Assembly (NCBI GenBank): GCA_965249135.1
Contig: OZ252220.1
Location: 576,001 to 640,000, forward strand
Reading direction: 5' to 3'
Source: Alphaproteobacteria bacterium
Lineage (GTDB): Bacteria > Pseudomonadota > Alphaproteobacteria > GCA-2746255
Length of the DNA: 64,000 nucleotides
Part shown: piece after piece, positions 9,684-19,511 of the stretch
Numbering within the stretch: position 1 is the stretch's first letter
How the letters are laid out: every line of letters starts with the position of its first letter
Notes under the pieces: model-generated
Seen by the model: the letters and a program-made list of their open reading frames with translations, nothing else
The model's database searches: none
Told to the model about the DNA's origin: nothing
Position numbers and translations under genes: made by a program

Positions 9684-11138
9684 ATGAGCTTTGCCGATCT
9701 GGGCCTAAGCGACGAGTTGTTGCTTGCCATCAAGGACTCCGGTTACGTCGAGCCGACCCCGATCCAGGAAAAGGCGATTCCCTACGTCTTGATGGGCCGC
9801 GACATGCTCGGCTGCGCCCAGACGGGCACCGGAAAAACCGCCTCCTTCGTGCTTCCCATGATCGACATCCTGGCCCAAAAACGGGCCAAGGCGCGCATGC
9901 CGAGGGCGATCATCCTGGAGCCGACCCGCGAGCTTGCCGCCCAGGTTTCCGAAAGCTTCGACCGCTATGGAAAACACCACCGGCTTTCGACGGCGCTTCT
10001 TATCGGCGGTATTTCCCTTGCCCCACAGGAAAAACAGATCGAGCGCGGTGTCGACGTCCTGATCGCGACCCCCGGACGCTTCCTGGATTGCTACGAACGC
10101 GGGCTGCTGCTGCTCCATGACACCAAGATTTTCGTCATCGACGAGGCGGACCGCATGCTGGACATGGGGTTCATCCCCGATGTGGAACGAATCGTAAGCC
10201 TGACGCCCAAGACCCGGCAGACGCTTCTCTTCTCGGCGACGATCCTGCCGGAAATCCGCCGCATCGCGGATGCCCTCCTGAATGATCCGAAGGAAATTGC
10301 CGTCACGCCGCCCACGACGACGGCAGAAACGGTCGAGCAGTTTCTCATCGGCGTCGAAGAAAAAGAAAAGGACGCCACCTTCGTCCAGCTCATCAAGAAA
10401 GAGGACGTTCAAAGCGCGATTATTTTCTGCAACCGGAAAAAACAGGTGGACGATCTCGCCTACCTGTTGAAGAAGAAAGGGTTCGATGCCGCTCCGCTGC
10501 ACGGCGACATGTCCCAACCGAAACGCATGGAGACCCTGGATACGCTTCGCGAGGGGAATCTCGTCTTCCTCGTGGCAAGCGACGTGGCGGCGCGCGGCCT
10601 CGATATTCCGAAGGTTTCGCACATCTTCAATTACGACGTGCCGGTGAACCCGGAAGATTACATTCACCGCATCGGCCGCACGGGCCGCGCCGGACGGCCC
10701 GGCCGGGCGCTCATGCTGGTGACGCCGGAGGAAGGCGAGCAGCTCGGCGATATCCTGCGCCTGACGGGTGAGAAAATTCCGTGGATGCCCCTCGAAGGAC
10801 GGGCCGCACCCGAAATCGACCTTTCCGGGAAGACTAAACCGAAACGCCGGCGCCAGCGCAGCGGGAAAAGGAACGAGCCGCCGCAAAAGAAGGCAGCGGC
10901 CACCCCTTCCGAAAGGCCAAAGCGGCAACGCTCAAGAAGAAGAAAGCCCAAAGAGCCGGCGAAGGAACAACCGGAAGCCGCACATACGAAGCCGCAAGAA
11001 CATACGAAGCCGCAAGGACACATGAAGCCAGAAAGGCCGGCGAAGCCAGAAAGGCCGGATTGGCAGGTGCCGGCCTTCCTGGCCGAGCCGCCGCCTGCGC
11101 CGCCCGTGCGTGACGCAAAGCGCCGCAAGAAGGGCTAA
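9684..11138 (+). CDS. DEAD-box ATP-dependent RNA helicase (RhlE-like)
   Basis: Q motif PTPIQ, AQTGTGKT, PTRELA, DEAD, SAT, ARGLD, HRIGRTGRAG; basic disordered C-tail. Confidence 0.95.
   Translation: MSFADLGLSDELLLAIKDSGYVEPTPIQEKAIPYVLMGRDMLGCAQTGTGKTASFVLPMIDILAQKRAKARMPRAIILEPTRELAAQVSESFDRYGKHHRLSTALLIGGISLAPQEKQIERGVDVLIATPGRFLDCYERGLLLLHDTKIFVIDEADRMLDMGFIPDVERIVSLTPKTRQTLLFSATILPEIRRIADALLNDPKEIAVTPPTTTAETVEQFLIGVEEKEKDATFVQLIKKEDVQSAIIFCNRKKQVDDLAYLLKKKGFDAAPLHGDMSQPKRMETLDTLREGNLVFLVASDVAARGLDIPKVSHIFNYDVPVNPEDYIHRIGRTGRAGRPGRALMLVTPEEGEQLGDILRLTGEKIPWMPLEGRAAPEIDLSGKTKPKRRRQRSGKRNEPPQKKAAATPSERPKRQRSRRRKPKEPAKEQPEAAHTKPQEHTKPQGHMKPERPAKPERPDWQVPAFLAEPPPAPPVRDAKRRKKG
10983..11058 (+). 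repeat. In-frame 18-bp tandem repeats in the helicase C-tail
   Basis: CATACGAAGCCGCAAGAA / CATACGAAGCCGCAAGGA / CACATGAAGCCAGAAAGG / CCGGCGAAGCCAGAAAGG, encoding HTKPQE-HTKPQG-HMKPER-PAKPER. Confidence 0.8.
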
Positions 11139-11146
11139 CGGCGAGC

Positions 11147-12964
11147 CTATAGAACCGGCGTCTCCATCCTTGATTCGAGTTGACGCGCCCACATCGCCGC
11201 ATAGCGGCCCTTCGCTGCCAGCAGCGTTTCGTGCCGCCCCTGCTCGACGATGGTCCCGTTATCGAGGACGAGGATTTCATCCGCATCGACGACCGTCGTC
11301 AGCCGGTGGGTGATGACCAGCGTCGTCCGGTCCGCCGAGACGTTCCGAAGGCTCTGCTGGATCTCTTTTTCCGTGTGTGAATCAAGCGCCGAGGTCGCCT
11401 CGTCGAAAAGCAGGATCTTTGGCCGTTTCAGGATCGTCCGCGCGATCGCGACGCGCTGGCGCTCACCGCCGGACAGTTTCAATCCCCGCTCGCCGACCCG
11501 GGTGTCGAAACCATCCGGCAGCGAACGAATAAAACCATCGATCTGCGCAAGGCGGGCCGCCTCTTCGACCTCCTCCCGGCTCGCGTCCGGGCGCCCATAG
11601 GCAATGTTGTAGAAAATCGTGTCATTGAAGAGAACGGTGTCCTGCGGCACGATCCCGATGGCGGCCCGCAGGCTTTGCTGGGTGACGTCGCGGACGTCCT
11701 GACCATCGATCGTGATGCGGCCCTGATCTGCGTCGTAGAAACGAAACAGCAGGCGGGAGATCGTCGACTTCCCTGCCCCGCTGGGCCCTACGATGGCGAC
11801 CGTCTTGCCTTCCGGCACCGTGAAGGAAACGTTCTTCAGGATCGCGCGGCGCGAATCGTAGCTGAATTCGACATGGTCGAAGTCGATGAAGCTGCCCTCT
11901 ACGCGAAGCGGCACCGCATTCGGTTTGTCTTTCACTTCCTGTTTGACACGAAGAAGCACAAACATCGATTCCATGTCGGTCAGCGACTGCTTGATCTCGC
12001 GATAAACGGAGCCAAGAAAATTGAGCGGCATGTAAAGCTGAATGAGATAGGTGTTTACCAGAACGAAATCGCCGATCGTCAGCGTGCCCTCCACGATCCC
12101 CATGCCGGCAAGGATCATGACGACCGTGATGCCGACGGAAATGATCACCGCTTGGCCGATATTGAGATAGGAAAGCGAGGTTTTGCTTTTGACGGCCGCC
12201 CTTTCATAGCCGCGCAACGATTCGTCGAACCGTCGCGCTTCGTGTTCCTCGTTCCCGAAATATTTGACGGTCTCGTAATTGAGCAGGCTGTCTATCGCCT
12301 TCGTGTTCGCCTGGCTGTCCATCTCGTTCATGATCCGGCGATACTTCGTCCGCCATTCCGTGACGAACAGGGTAAAGCCCACATAGCCGCCGATCGTGAC
12401 GAAGGTGACCGCCGCGAAGCGGATGTCGAAAAGCACCCACAGGATCCCGCAAACCAGAAGAATTTCGAAAAGGGTCGGCAGCACGCTGAAAAGCACGAAG
12501 GTAAGAAGAAATTCGATGCCCTTCGTGCCGCGCTCGATCGCCCGGTTCAGGCCGCCCGTCTGGCGTTCGAGATGAAACCCGAGCGAAAGCCCGTGCAGAT
12601 AGCGGAAGGTCTTAAGTGCTACGGATCGGATGGCGCGTTGCGCCACCTTCGCAAACACGGCATCCCGCAACTCGCCGAAGACGAGCACAAGCACGCGAAG
12701 CAGGCCGTAAGCGAAAAGCAAGCCGAGCGGGAGAACGATGACGGTGCTGATCTCACCGGAGAGCGTGTCGACCGCCGCCTTGTAGAAAAGCGGCACGGTG
12801 ACGTTCGCCCCCTTTGCCGCGACCAGAAAGACAAGCGCCAGCACGACGCGCCCGCGCATCTCGAGGTTGTCCTTTGGCCAGAGATAGGGCAGCAGCGTGC
12901 GAAGCGCGCCCCACTCGAAACCGGAAGGGGGCACGCTGCCTGGCGAAGACGACAAGGACCGCAT
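11147..12964 (-). CDS. ABCB half-transporter, Atm1/HMT1 type (fused TMD-NBD)
   Basis: [21 protein letters not shown], Walker [27 protein letters not shown]. Confidence 0.92.
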   Translation of the reverse strand: MRSLSSSPGSVPPSGFEWGALRTLLPYLWPKDNLEMRGRVVLALVFLVAAKGANVTVPLFYKAAVDTLSGEISTVIVLPLGLLFAYGLLRVLVLVFGELRDAVFAKVAQRAIRSVALKTFRYLHGLSLGFHLERQTGGLNRAIERGTKGIEFLLTFVLFSVLPTLFEILLVCGILWVLFDIRFAAVTFVTIGGYVGFTLFVTEWRTKYRRIMNEMDSQANTKAIDSLLNYETVKYFGNEEHEARRFDESLRGYERAAVKSKTSLSYLNIGQAVIISVGITVVMILAGMGIVEGTLTIGDFVLVNTYLIQLYMPLNFLGSVYREIKQSLTDMESMFVLLRVKQEVKDKPNAVPLRVEGSFIDFDHVEFSYDSRRAILKNVSFTVPEGKTVAIVGPSGAGKSTISRLLFRFYDADQGRITIDGQDVRDVTQQSLRAAIGIVPQDTVLFNDTIFYNIAYGRPDASREEVEEAARLAQIDGFIRSLPDGFDTRVGERGLKLSGGERQRVAIARTILKRPKILLFDEATSALDSHTEKEIQQSLRNVSADRTTLVITHRLTTVVDADEILVLDNGTIVEQGRHETLLAAKGRYAAMWARQLESRMETPVL

Positions 12965-13026
12965 GTTTTTCTATTAACCGTTGTTCATTAACGGGGGATT
13001 TACCGACATCGGCTAGGCTTCTCCGC

Positions 13027-13465
13027 ATGGATAGCAGAGAAGTTGAGAGAACGGAAAGCGAAGGCATGCCCTGCCCTGCCGTTCGCTATGGACTGCTTGT
13101 TTTCGGCTGGACAAATATCTGCCTCGGGGCCTTGGGTGCGGTGCTCCCCGTTCTGCCGACGACGATCTTTCTGATCCTCGCTCTTTGGGCGTTCTCGAAA
13201 AGCTCGCTCCGGTTCCATCGCTGGCTTTATACGCACCCCTGGCTGGGCCGAACGCTGCGTGCCTGGCACCGCGCGGACCATCCCGCGGCGCGCCAAGGTG
13301 CTGGCGATAACGACGATGGCTTTGAGCCTCCTCACCGTCACCGTCGTTACGGAAACCTGGTGGCTGCCGGCGGGTTTGGCCCTCGGCCTCGCGAGCATTG
13401 CCGCCTATATCCTTTCGCGGCCGAGTGAGGTCACGGGATCTTCGTCTTCGCACCCCCTCGCTTAG
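13027..13465 (+). pseudogene. YbaN/DUF454 membrane protein, frameshifted near 13273
   Basis: Frame 1 gives LGAVLPVLPTTIFLILA...WLYTHPWLG..LRAW; frame 2 continues RTIPRRAKVLA...ILSRPS; the shift lies in a (CG)3 run. Confidence 0.75.
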
Positions 13466-13473
13466 AAACCCCT

Positions 13474-14049
13474 TCAGGCCGCAAGCCTCACAATCACATC
13501 GGCAACCTTCGCGCCAAGCGCCTCGACGACTTTTTGCTGATCCTTGTTCCTGAGTCCGCCGTCTGGACGAAAGGCGTGCTGCGCCTCGCCGACGGCCAAC
13601 TGGTCCGGGATGACGAGCACCTTGATGTTGCTAAGGATGGCGCGCACATGGACAAGGCCGCGAAGGCCACCAAGCCCGCCGGGGGACGCACTCATGATGG
13701 CGGCAACCTTGCCTACGAAACAGGCAAGCGGCGCCTCGCCGGCAACCGGCCGCGAGGCCCAGTCGATGGCGTTCTTCAAGGTCGGCGTGATGGAGCTGTT
13801 GTATTCCGGGCAGGCGATCAAGAATCCCTGATGGGCGAGCATCCGATCTTTCAATTCCCTAGCGCCTTCGGGGAGGCCTTCGATCCGCTCGAGATCCTCA
13901 TCGAACAGCGGCAGGCGAAGTTCTCGTAAATTCACGACGGTTACTTCGGCGCCGGCCGCCCTGGCGGCGCGCACTGCAATCTCCAGCAGCTTTGCGTTGT
14001 GGGAGCCATCGCGGCTGCTGCCTGCGAAGGCCAGAATCTTCGGCGTCAT
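13474..14049 (-). CDS. NADPH-dependent FMN reductase (flavodoxin-like)
   Basis: AGSSRDGSHN, PEYNSSITPTLKNAIDWASR, SASPGGLGG. Confidence 0.9.
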   Translation of the reverse strand: MTPKILAFAGSSRDGSHNAKLLEIAVRAARAAGAEVTVVNLRELRLPLFDEDLERIEGLPEGARELKDRMLAHQGFLIACPEYNSSITPTLKNAIDWASRPVAGEAPLACFVGKVAAIMSASPGGLGGLRGLVHVRAILSNIKVLVIPDQLAVGEAQHAFRPDGGLRNKDQQKVVEALGAKVADVIVRLAA

Positions 14050-14215
14050 CGCTTCTTCCTCCCTGTCACGAAGGAAGGATACCCGTCTTAACCGCTTTCA
14101 ACAAATTCCAGCAAAGCGACGGGGTTCACCCGATAAGCGCCTTTCGGTTGCCGCCTGGGGCGAAGGCGTGGGGCGGTCCGAAGCGGCTCGGAAGCGAAGC
14201 AACGGAGGCCTTGCC

Positions 14216-14329
14216 ATGGGCAGGAGGGGGGGGGCGCTTTTCGTTTCACTGGCCGTTGGTCCGTTGCTCGCGGCATGCGCAAGGCACGACCCTCCTTACG
14301 CCCAGCAGCCGTTCGCCCATTCCTTTTGA
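14216..14329 (+). CDS. Putative very small lipoprotein (37 aa) or gene remnant
   Basis: GGAGG RBS upstream; basic N-terminus, hydrophobic stretch, lipobox LLAAC. Confidence 0.35.
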   Translation: MGRRGGALFVSLAVGPLLAACARHDPPYAQQPFAHSF

Positions 14330-14415
14330 TTAAGGACCACCGTTCGCCCAGCGCTTCTTTTGCAGGAACGTGCGCCTGTGGTAGAACGCCTTATTAGGAA
14401 AAGGGGGGCTTAACG

Positions 14416-15819
14416 ATGGCGAAGAAGCCGTCTTTCCGGGTCGAAAGCGACTCCATGGGCGAACTCCGCGTTCCCGCCGACAGGTATTGGGGGGCCCAGA
14501 CGCAACGATCGCTTCAAAACTTCCGGATCGGCGGCGAAAGGATGCCGAAACCTCTGATCCGGGCGCTTGGCATTCAGAAGATGGCGGCGGCGAGGGCGAA
14601 CATGGAACTCGGCGCGCTGAAGCAGCGTTTGGGAAAGGCCGTCATTGCCGCCGCCGACGAGGTGCTTCGCGGCAAGCTCGACGACCACTTCCCGCTGGTC
14701 GTCTGGCAGACCGGCTCCGGCACCCAGACGAACATGAACGCAAACGAGGTGATCGCGAACCGGGCTATCCAGAAATTGGGCGGGAAGATGGGCTCGAAAG
14801 AACCCATCCACCCGAACGATCACGTGAACATGGGCCAGTCGTCGAACGACACCTTCCCGACGGCGATGCACATCGCGGCCGTCGAGGAAATCAACCGCGA
14901 ACTTCTGCCCGCCCTTCAGGAAATGCGAAAGGCCTTGACCGCGAAGGTCCGCAGCTTCGCGAAGCTGACGAAGATCGGCCGCACCCACCTCCAGGACGCA
15001 ACGCCTCTGACGCTCGGTCAGGAATTCTCCGGCTACGCCACCCAGATCGATTACGGCATCGATCGGGTGAAGGGGTGCCTGCCCAGGCTGCTTCAGCTTG
15101 CCCAGGGCGGCACGGCCGTCGGCACCGGGCTCAACACAAAACCCGCCTTCGCCAAGACCTTCGCCCGCAACGTGGCGAAGATCACCGGCCTTCGCTTCGT
15201 CACGGCGCCCAATAAATTCGAAGCACTGGCCGCCCACGACGCCATCGTCGAGGCCTCGGGCGCCTTGAACACGCTGGCCGTCTCGCTCATGAAGATCGCG
15301 AACGACATCCGCCTGCTTGGCTCCGGCCCACGCTGCGGCATCGGCGAGCTGATCCTGCCGGCGAACGAGCCCGGCTCCTCGATCATGCCGGGCAAGGTGA
15401 ACCCGACCCAGGCCGAGGCGCTTACCATGGTCGCGGCACAGGTCATCGGCAACCACACGGCCATCAGCGTCGCCGGCGCGAGCGGGCACTTCGAGTTGAA
15501 CGTCTTCAAGCCGGTAATGATTTACAATTTGTTGCAGTCGATCCGGCTGTTGGCGGACGCCTCACGAAGTTTCACGAAGAACTGCATCGTCGGCATCAAG
15601 CCGAACAAGGAACGCATCGATCGGCTTCTGCACGAATCCCTCATGCTGGTGACGGCGCTGAACCCCCATATCGGCTACGACAACGCGGCGAAGGTCGCAA
15701 AGAAGGCCCATGCCGAGGGCACCACGCTTAAAGCCGCCGCCCTTGCCCTTGGATTGCTGACGGAAAAGGAATTCGATCGGGTCGTGCGGCCGGAGAAGAT
15801 GACCGAACCCAGAAAATGA
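14416..15819 (+). CDS. fumC: Fumarate hydratase class II
   Basis: [20 protein letters not shown], signature [11 protein letters not shown]. Confidence 0.97.
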   Translation: MAKKPSFRVESDSMGELRVPADRYWGAQTQRSLQNFRIGGERMPKPLIRALGIQKMAAARANMELGALKQRLGKAVIAAADEVLRGKLDDHFPLVVWQTGSGTQTNMNANEVIANRAIQKLGGKMGSKEPIHPNDHVNMGQSSNDTFPTAMHIAAVEEINRELLPALQEMRKALTAKVRSFAKLTKIGRTHLQDATPLTLGQEFSGYATQIDYGIDRVKGCLPRLLQLAQGGTAVGTGLNTKPAFAKTFARNVAKITGLRFVTAPNKFEALAAHDAIVEASGALNTLAVSLMKIANDIRLLGSGPRCGIGELILPANEPGSSIMPGKVNPTQAEALTMVAAQVIGNHTAISVAGASGHFELNVFKPVMIYNLLQSIRLLADASRSFTKNCIVGIKPNKERIDRLLHESLMLVTALNPHIGYDNAAKVAKKAHAEGTTLKAAALALGLLTEKEFDRVVRPEKMTEPRK

Positions 15820-15829
15820 GGGAACGATC

Positions 15830-16240
15830 TTAGGATTCTTCGGGCAAGGGCCCGTTTTCGCCGATTCGCTTCCGCGCTTCCTGCATCTCGTCCACCGCCG
15901 CGTCGAAAAACGCATCGAGCCGGTCGCGCATCTTCGGAGCAAGCTGCACGAGCCTCGAGCGTGCGTCCTTCGGGTTCGCCGTTTCCACGACGATCCCCCG
16001 CTCGATCGCCACATCCAGATACTTGCCGGCCGTATGGGCGCTTCGGATGGCCCGCATGAATCGCAACGCGTCCGTCTTGCGGACGGGTTCTTCGCTGTGC
16101 CAGATGTTGGTGAGCAGATCCCAGTACGCGGTCGAGTAAAACTCCTTGTCGTCCTCGAAGACGCCAAGCCAGTGCTCGCCGATCCGATCCAGCATCGTCA
16201 GATATTGCCGCCGCTGGGTGGGATTGTATTTGAAGCTCAT
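15830..16240 (-). CDS. MarR-like winged-helix regulator
   Basis: Short protein with wing motif NPKDARSRLVQL; GGAGG RBS before ATG 16240. Confidence 0.7.
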   Translation of the reverse strand: MSFKYNPTQRRQYLTMLDRIGEHWLGVFEDDKEFYSTAYWDLLTNIWHSEEPVRKTDALRFMRAIRSAHTAGKYLDVAIERGIVVETANPKDARSRLVQLAPKMRDRLDAFFDAAVDEMQEARKRIGENGPLPEES

Positions 16241-16434
16241 GCCTCCTGCCCCCTTTGCCGGTAACGCCGGAACCATAACGGTTTGTCCGAAGAATACAAT
16301 CAATAATACACCTATAATCCTATCTAGCCTGCGCTCCGATCCGCCTCGCGCATCTGGGCCATCAAATAAAGTCTATTTATTACAAATAGTTAAATAGATA
16401 GCAGGATAATTTATCATTAAAACTAACAATTCTA

Positions 16435-16463
16435 TTGACATCATTTCTAGATGCATATCTAAT
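16435..16463 (+). promoter_or_regulatory. Sigma70 promoter with overlapping palindromic operator
   Basis: TTGACA-17 nt-TCTAAT; palindrome TAGAT-GCAT-ATCTA at 16448-16461. Confidence 0.6.
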
Positions 16464-16516
16464 TCTAACTGACATTGCAACCCACAATTCGAATGAGCGG
16501 TTTGGAGGCGAAGACC

Positions 16517-16993
16517 ATGAACAGAAAACACACCCTTCTTGCGATCCCTCTCGCATTCGCAATTGCGCTTTCCGGCTGTACGGCCACGAACTCCGGCCCG
16601 AAACAGACGGGTGGCACGTTTCTCGGCGCCGGACTTGGCGCATTGGGCGGCTCGCAGATCGGCAAAGGGCGCGGCAAACTCGTCGCCGTCGCCATCGGCA
16701 CGCTTCTCGGCGCCGGCCTCGGCAGCTCAATCGGCCAATCCCTCGACCGGGCCGACCGCCTCTACATGGCGCGCACGTCGTCAGCTGCGTTCGAGTCGAG
16801 CCCGACCGGCCAGACGACCACCTGGGTCAATCCGGACAGCGGCAATTCCGGCACGGTGACGCCGACTCGCACCTATCAGTCGCAGAACCGTTACTGCCGC
16901 GAGTTTCAACAGAGCGTGACCGTCGGCGGCAACACGCAACAGGCCTATGGCACGGCCTGCCGCCAGGCAGACGGTAGCTGGGAAATCATCTGA
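16517..16993 (+). CDS. 17 kDa surface-antigen-type glycine-zipper lipoprotein
   Basis: Lipobox ALSGC, Gly-zipper, WVNPDSGNSG, YCREFQQ, AYGTACRQADGSW. Confidence 0.9.
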   Translation: MNRKHTLLAIPLAFAIALSGCTATNSGPKQTGGTFLGAGLGALGGSQIGKGRGKLVAVAIGTLLGAGLGSSIGQSLDRADRLYMARTSSAAFESSPTGQTTTWVNPDSGNSGTVTPTRTYQSQNRYCREFQQSVTVGGNTQQAYGTACRQADGSWEII

Positions 16994-17035
16994 GGCTATG
17001 GAAGCTCCCGAAACTTGTTTCCATAGGAGGGGATC

Positions 17036-18042
17036 ATGACCGACAAAAAATAAATTTCGTACAGAGCGATGCCTTCTTCTACTCAGCGGTCGTGCACATT
17101 GCCATCCTCCTAACGGTTCTTCTGTCCATGCTTCTCAAACCAACACCGGTCGACGAGCAAACGACGATCGAAATCGATGTCCTGGCAAGCATGCCGGAAG
17201 CATTGCAGGAAAATGCCCCACAGGATGCTTCCAATCCGGAGGCATCAAAGACCGAAGCAGCGGTGGCGGAGAGGAAGGCGACTTCGCCTTCCTCTCCCGT
17301 CCAGCCAGAACCCTTGCCGGAACCTGTGAAGGCGGCTTCGGCTCCTGCCCAGTTAGAACCCTTGCAAGCACCTTTCAAGGTCGCCGTCGCGGCCGCGAAT
17401 GTAACGCGTGATCCGCTGGAAGAACGTGCCCAAAACGGCAATGCCGACGCCCAGTATCAGATGGCGATTCGCTACAAGGATGGGACCGGCGTCCAGGCAA
17501 ATGACGAAACCGCCGCAAAATGGTTTCTCGCCGCCGCCGCCCAGAGCCATGCCGACGCCCAATACTGGGCCGGCGTCTATACCTATCACGGCCGTGGCAC
17601 CGCCATGGATCGGCCACGTGCCAGGCAATGGCTGGAAAACGCTGCCGCCCAGGGCCACGCCGGAGCACAGGTCATCCTGGCGGCGCCACCCCCCATCCGG
17701 AACCCGCGCAATCCGTACGTTTCAACAGCGCAGCCAATGGTTTACGCAGCGGCAAACACGCCCGTTCGTGGCTATCCCTTTGGAACGGCCATACAACAAA
17801 GGCCCGTACAACAGATTGTAACGACACGCGTACAAACGCCGACACCGACGCATCTCTACTCTGTCTCGGAGAGAAGCGTGCGATCGGCATTACGGGAGTC
17901 ATACAGAACCGGAACGCCGCTAGTAATCCATGCTGGCGACAGGCTGTCGAGGCCGCTTCACATAACCCCGCAACAGGCTGGCAATAGGGATTTTACGGAC
18001 TGGCTGCTCTGTGACGTCCTGAAATTGCAAATGCGGGATTAA
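17036..18042 (+). CDS. Membrane-anchored Sel1-repeat protein, apparent -1 frameshift at the A6 tract (17045-17050); intact ORF from GTG 17092
   Basis: Sel1 repeats (GNADAQYQMA...KWFLAAAAQSHADAQY...QWLENAAAQGH); strong RBS AGGAGG before ATG 17036. Confidence 0.7.
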
Positions 18043-18077
18043 GAGAAAACTATAACCAACGCCCCCCCCCGCCACTT

Positions 18078-18106
18078 AGGCCCGGCCTCCGCGCCGGGCC
18101 TTTTTT
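18078..18106 (+). terminator. Rho-independent terminator
   Basis: AGGCCCGGC-loop-GCCGGGCCTTTTTT. Confidence 0.85.
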
Positions 18107-18125
18107 GTGCCGTCACCCGGCAGGG

Positions 18126-18380
18126 TTATTGTTGGCTTGCCCGTTTCAGGAGATCGAGAGCCTTTTTCAGCGTCTTGATCGACCGATCGTGCTCGCCGGC
18201 CTCGTGCTGCCTTTCACCCAGCGCGCGCAATTTCTCGATTTCCGCAAGTGTCTCTTGCGCAAGCTTCGGACCGTCCGCAAGGGCGGCGTCGATCCGTACC
18301 CAAAGGGAGGGGCAATAATTGGCAAAGGCCGGCGAGGCAAGACCCAGCAAAAGCACGCCGGCAAGGAGAAGGTGTTTCAT
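18126..18380 (-). CDS. Small secreted helical hypothetical protein
   Basis: Sec signal ending AFA; mature part with CP motif and helical hairpin; GAGAG RBS. Confidence 0.75.
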   Translation of the reverse strand: MKHLLLAGVLLLGLASPAFANYCPSLWVRIDAALADGPKLAQETLAEIEKLRALGERQHEAGEHDRSIKTLKKALDLLKRASQQ

Positions 18381-18427
18381 AAGCTCTCTTTCTGGCCATC
18401 TTCCGTTTCACCATCTAGGCTAACACC

Positions 18428-19030
18428 ATGATGGCGGATTCAACATCCCGTTTCGAAAAGGCCATTGCCGCCATCGACGCGGCGAACGCACAAGATCCGA
18501 ACACAGCCCTTCATGGGGGCCGCGAATTTCCAAAAGAGCTTCTTTACGCCATTCGCATGACGGAATGGCTCGAACGCTTCAAGCCGGAGGCTTCCGACGC
18601 GCTTCACCTTGCCGCGCGCGGCCAGCACATCCGGCGCTGGGAAATTCCGCGCAGCGATTATCCGATGGACCGCATCGGCTATTTGAAATGGCGAACGGCG
18701 CTAAAACACTTTCACGCCGAGCTCGCCGAAAAGATCCTCTTTGATGCCGGCTACGACGCCACCTTGATCATTCGTGTGCAATCGCTGATCCGGAAAGAAC
18801 AGTTGAAGCAGGACGAAGAGGTGCAGGCCCTGGAGGACGTGATTTGCCTTGTCTTCCTGGAAAATTATTTCGCGGAGTTTTTGGAAAAGCACGAGGAGGA
18901 AAAGATCGTCGAAATCGTGCAAAAAACCTGGAAGAAGATGTCGCCCGCGGCCCAAAAGACCGCACTGCAACTCGAACTTTCGCCAGCCGCGCGTGCCCGG
19001 ATCGAAAAGGCGCTTCAAGCGCCCGGCTGA
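18428..19030 (+). CDS. DUF4202-like protein
   Basis: IDAANAQDPN, PKELLYA, LAARGQHIRRWEIPR, QALEDVICLVFL, KTWKKMS. Confidence 0.8.
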   Translation: MMADSTSRFEKAIAAIDAANAQDPNTALHGGREFPKELLYAIRMTEWLERFKPEASDALHLAARGQHIRRWEIPRSDYPMDRIGYLKWRTALKHFHAELAEKILFDAGYDATLIIRVQSLIRKEQLKQDEEVQALEDVICLVFLENYFAEFLEKHEEEKIVEIVQKTWKKMSPAAQKTALQLELSPAARARIEKALQAPG

Positions 19031-19032
19031 TC

Positions 19033-19455
19033 TTATGCGCCTGCGTCTTCTTCCGATGATCCCTTCAGTTCGACCGTGTTGCCGTCGGGATCCTCGATAT
19101 AGATGGAAGGCCCCATCCCGTCCGCGCCGTAGCGCATTTCAATCTCGCTGTGGGAGACGCCATGGCTCTCCAAGTGCTTCAAGATATCCGGTCCATCGAA
19201 GGGCGCAACCTTAAGGGCCAGGTGATCGACGTTCCGGCCCGTCTTGCCCGGTGCGGCACCGCCCTTCTTGCCGATGACGCCGTCGATGCTGACGAGATCA
19301 ATCAGCGCGCTGCCGGCCCGAAGCTGGGTGAGGCCGAAATCGTCCACCGTGCGCTCGAGCGTGCATCCGAGGACCTCCGTATAGAACCGAATGGCGCGCT
19401 CGACATCCGAAACGCGCAGGACGACGTGATCGATTTTCTGGATCTCGAAGGTCAT
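19033..19455 (-). CDS. VOC/glyoxalase family protein
   Basis: IDHVVLRVSD..FYTEVLG, DHLAL, YIEDPDGNTVEL. Confidence 0.9.
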   Translation of the reverse strand: MTFEIQKIDHVVLRVSDVERAIRFYTEVLGCTLERTVDDFGLTQLRAGSALIDLVSIDGVIGKKGGAAPGKTGRNVDHLALKVAPFDGPDILKHLESHGVSHSEIEMRYGADGMGPSIYIEDPDGNTVELKGSSEEDAGA

Positions 19456-19511
19456 CGTCTTTCACCCATTGCCTTTCCGGCCATTCTAATCGCAAATCTC
19501 CGCCGATCTGC

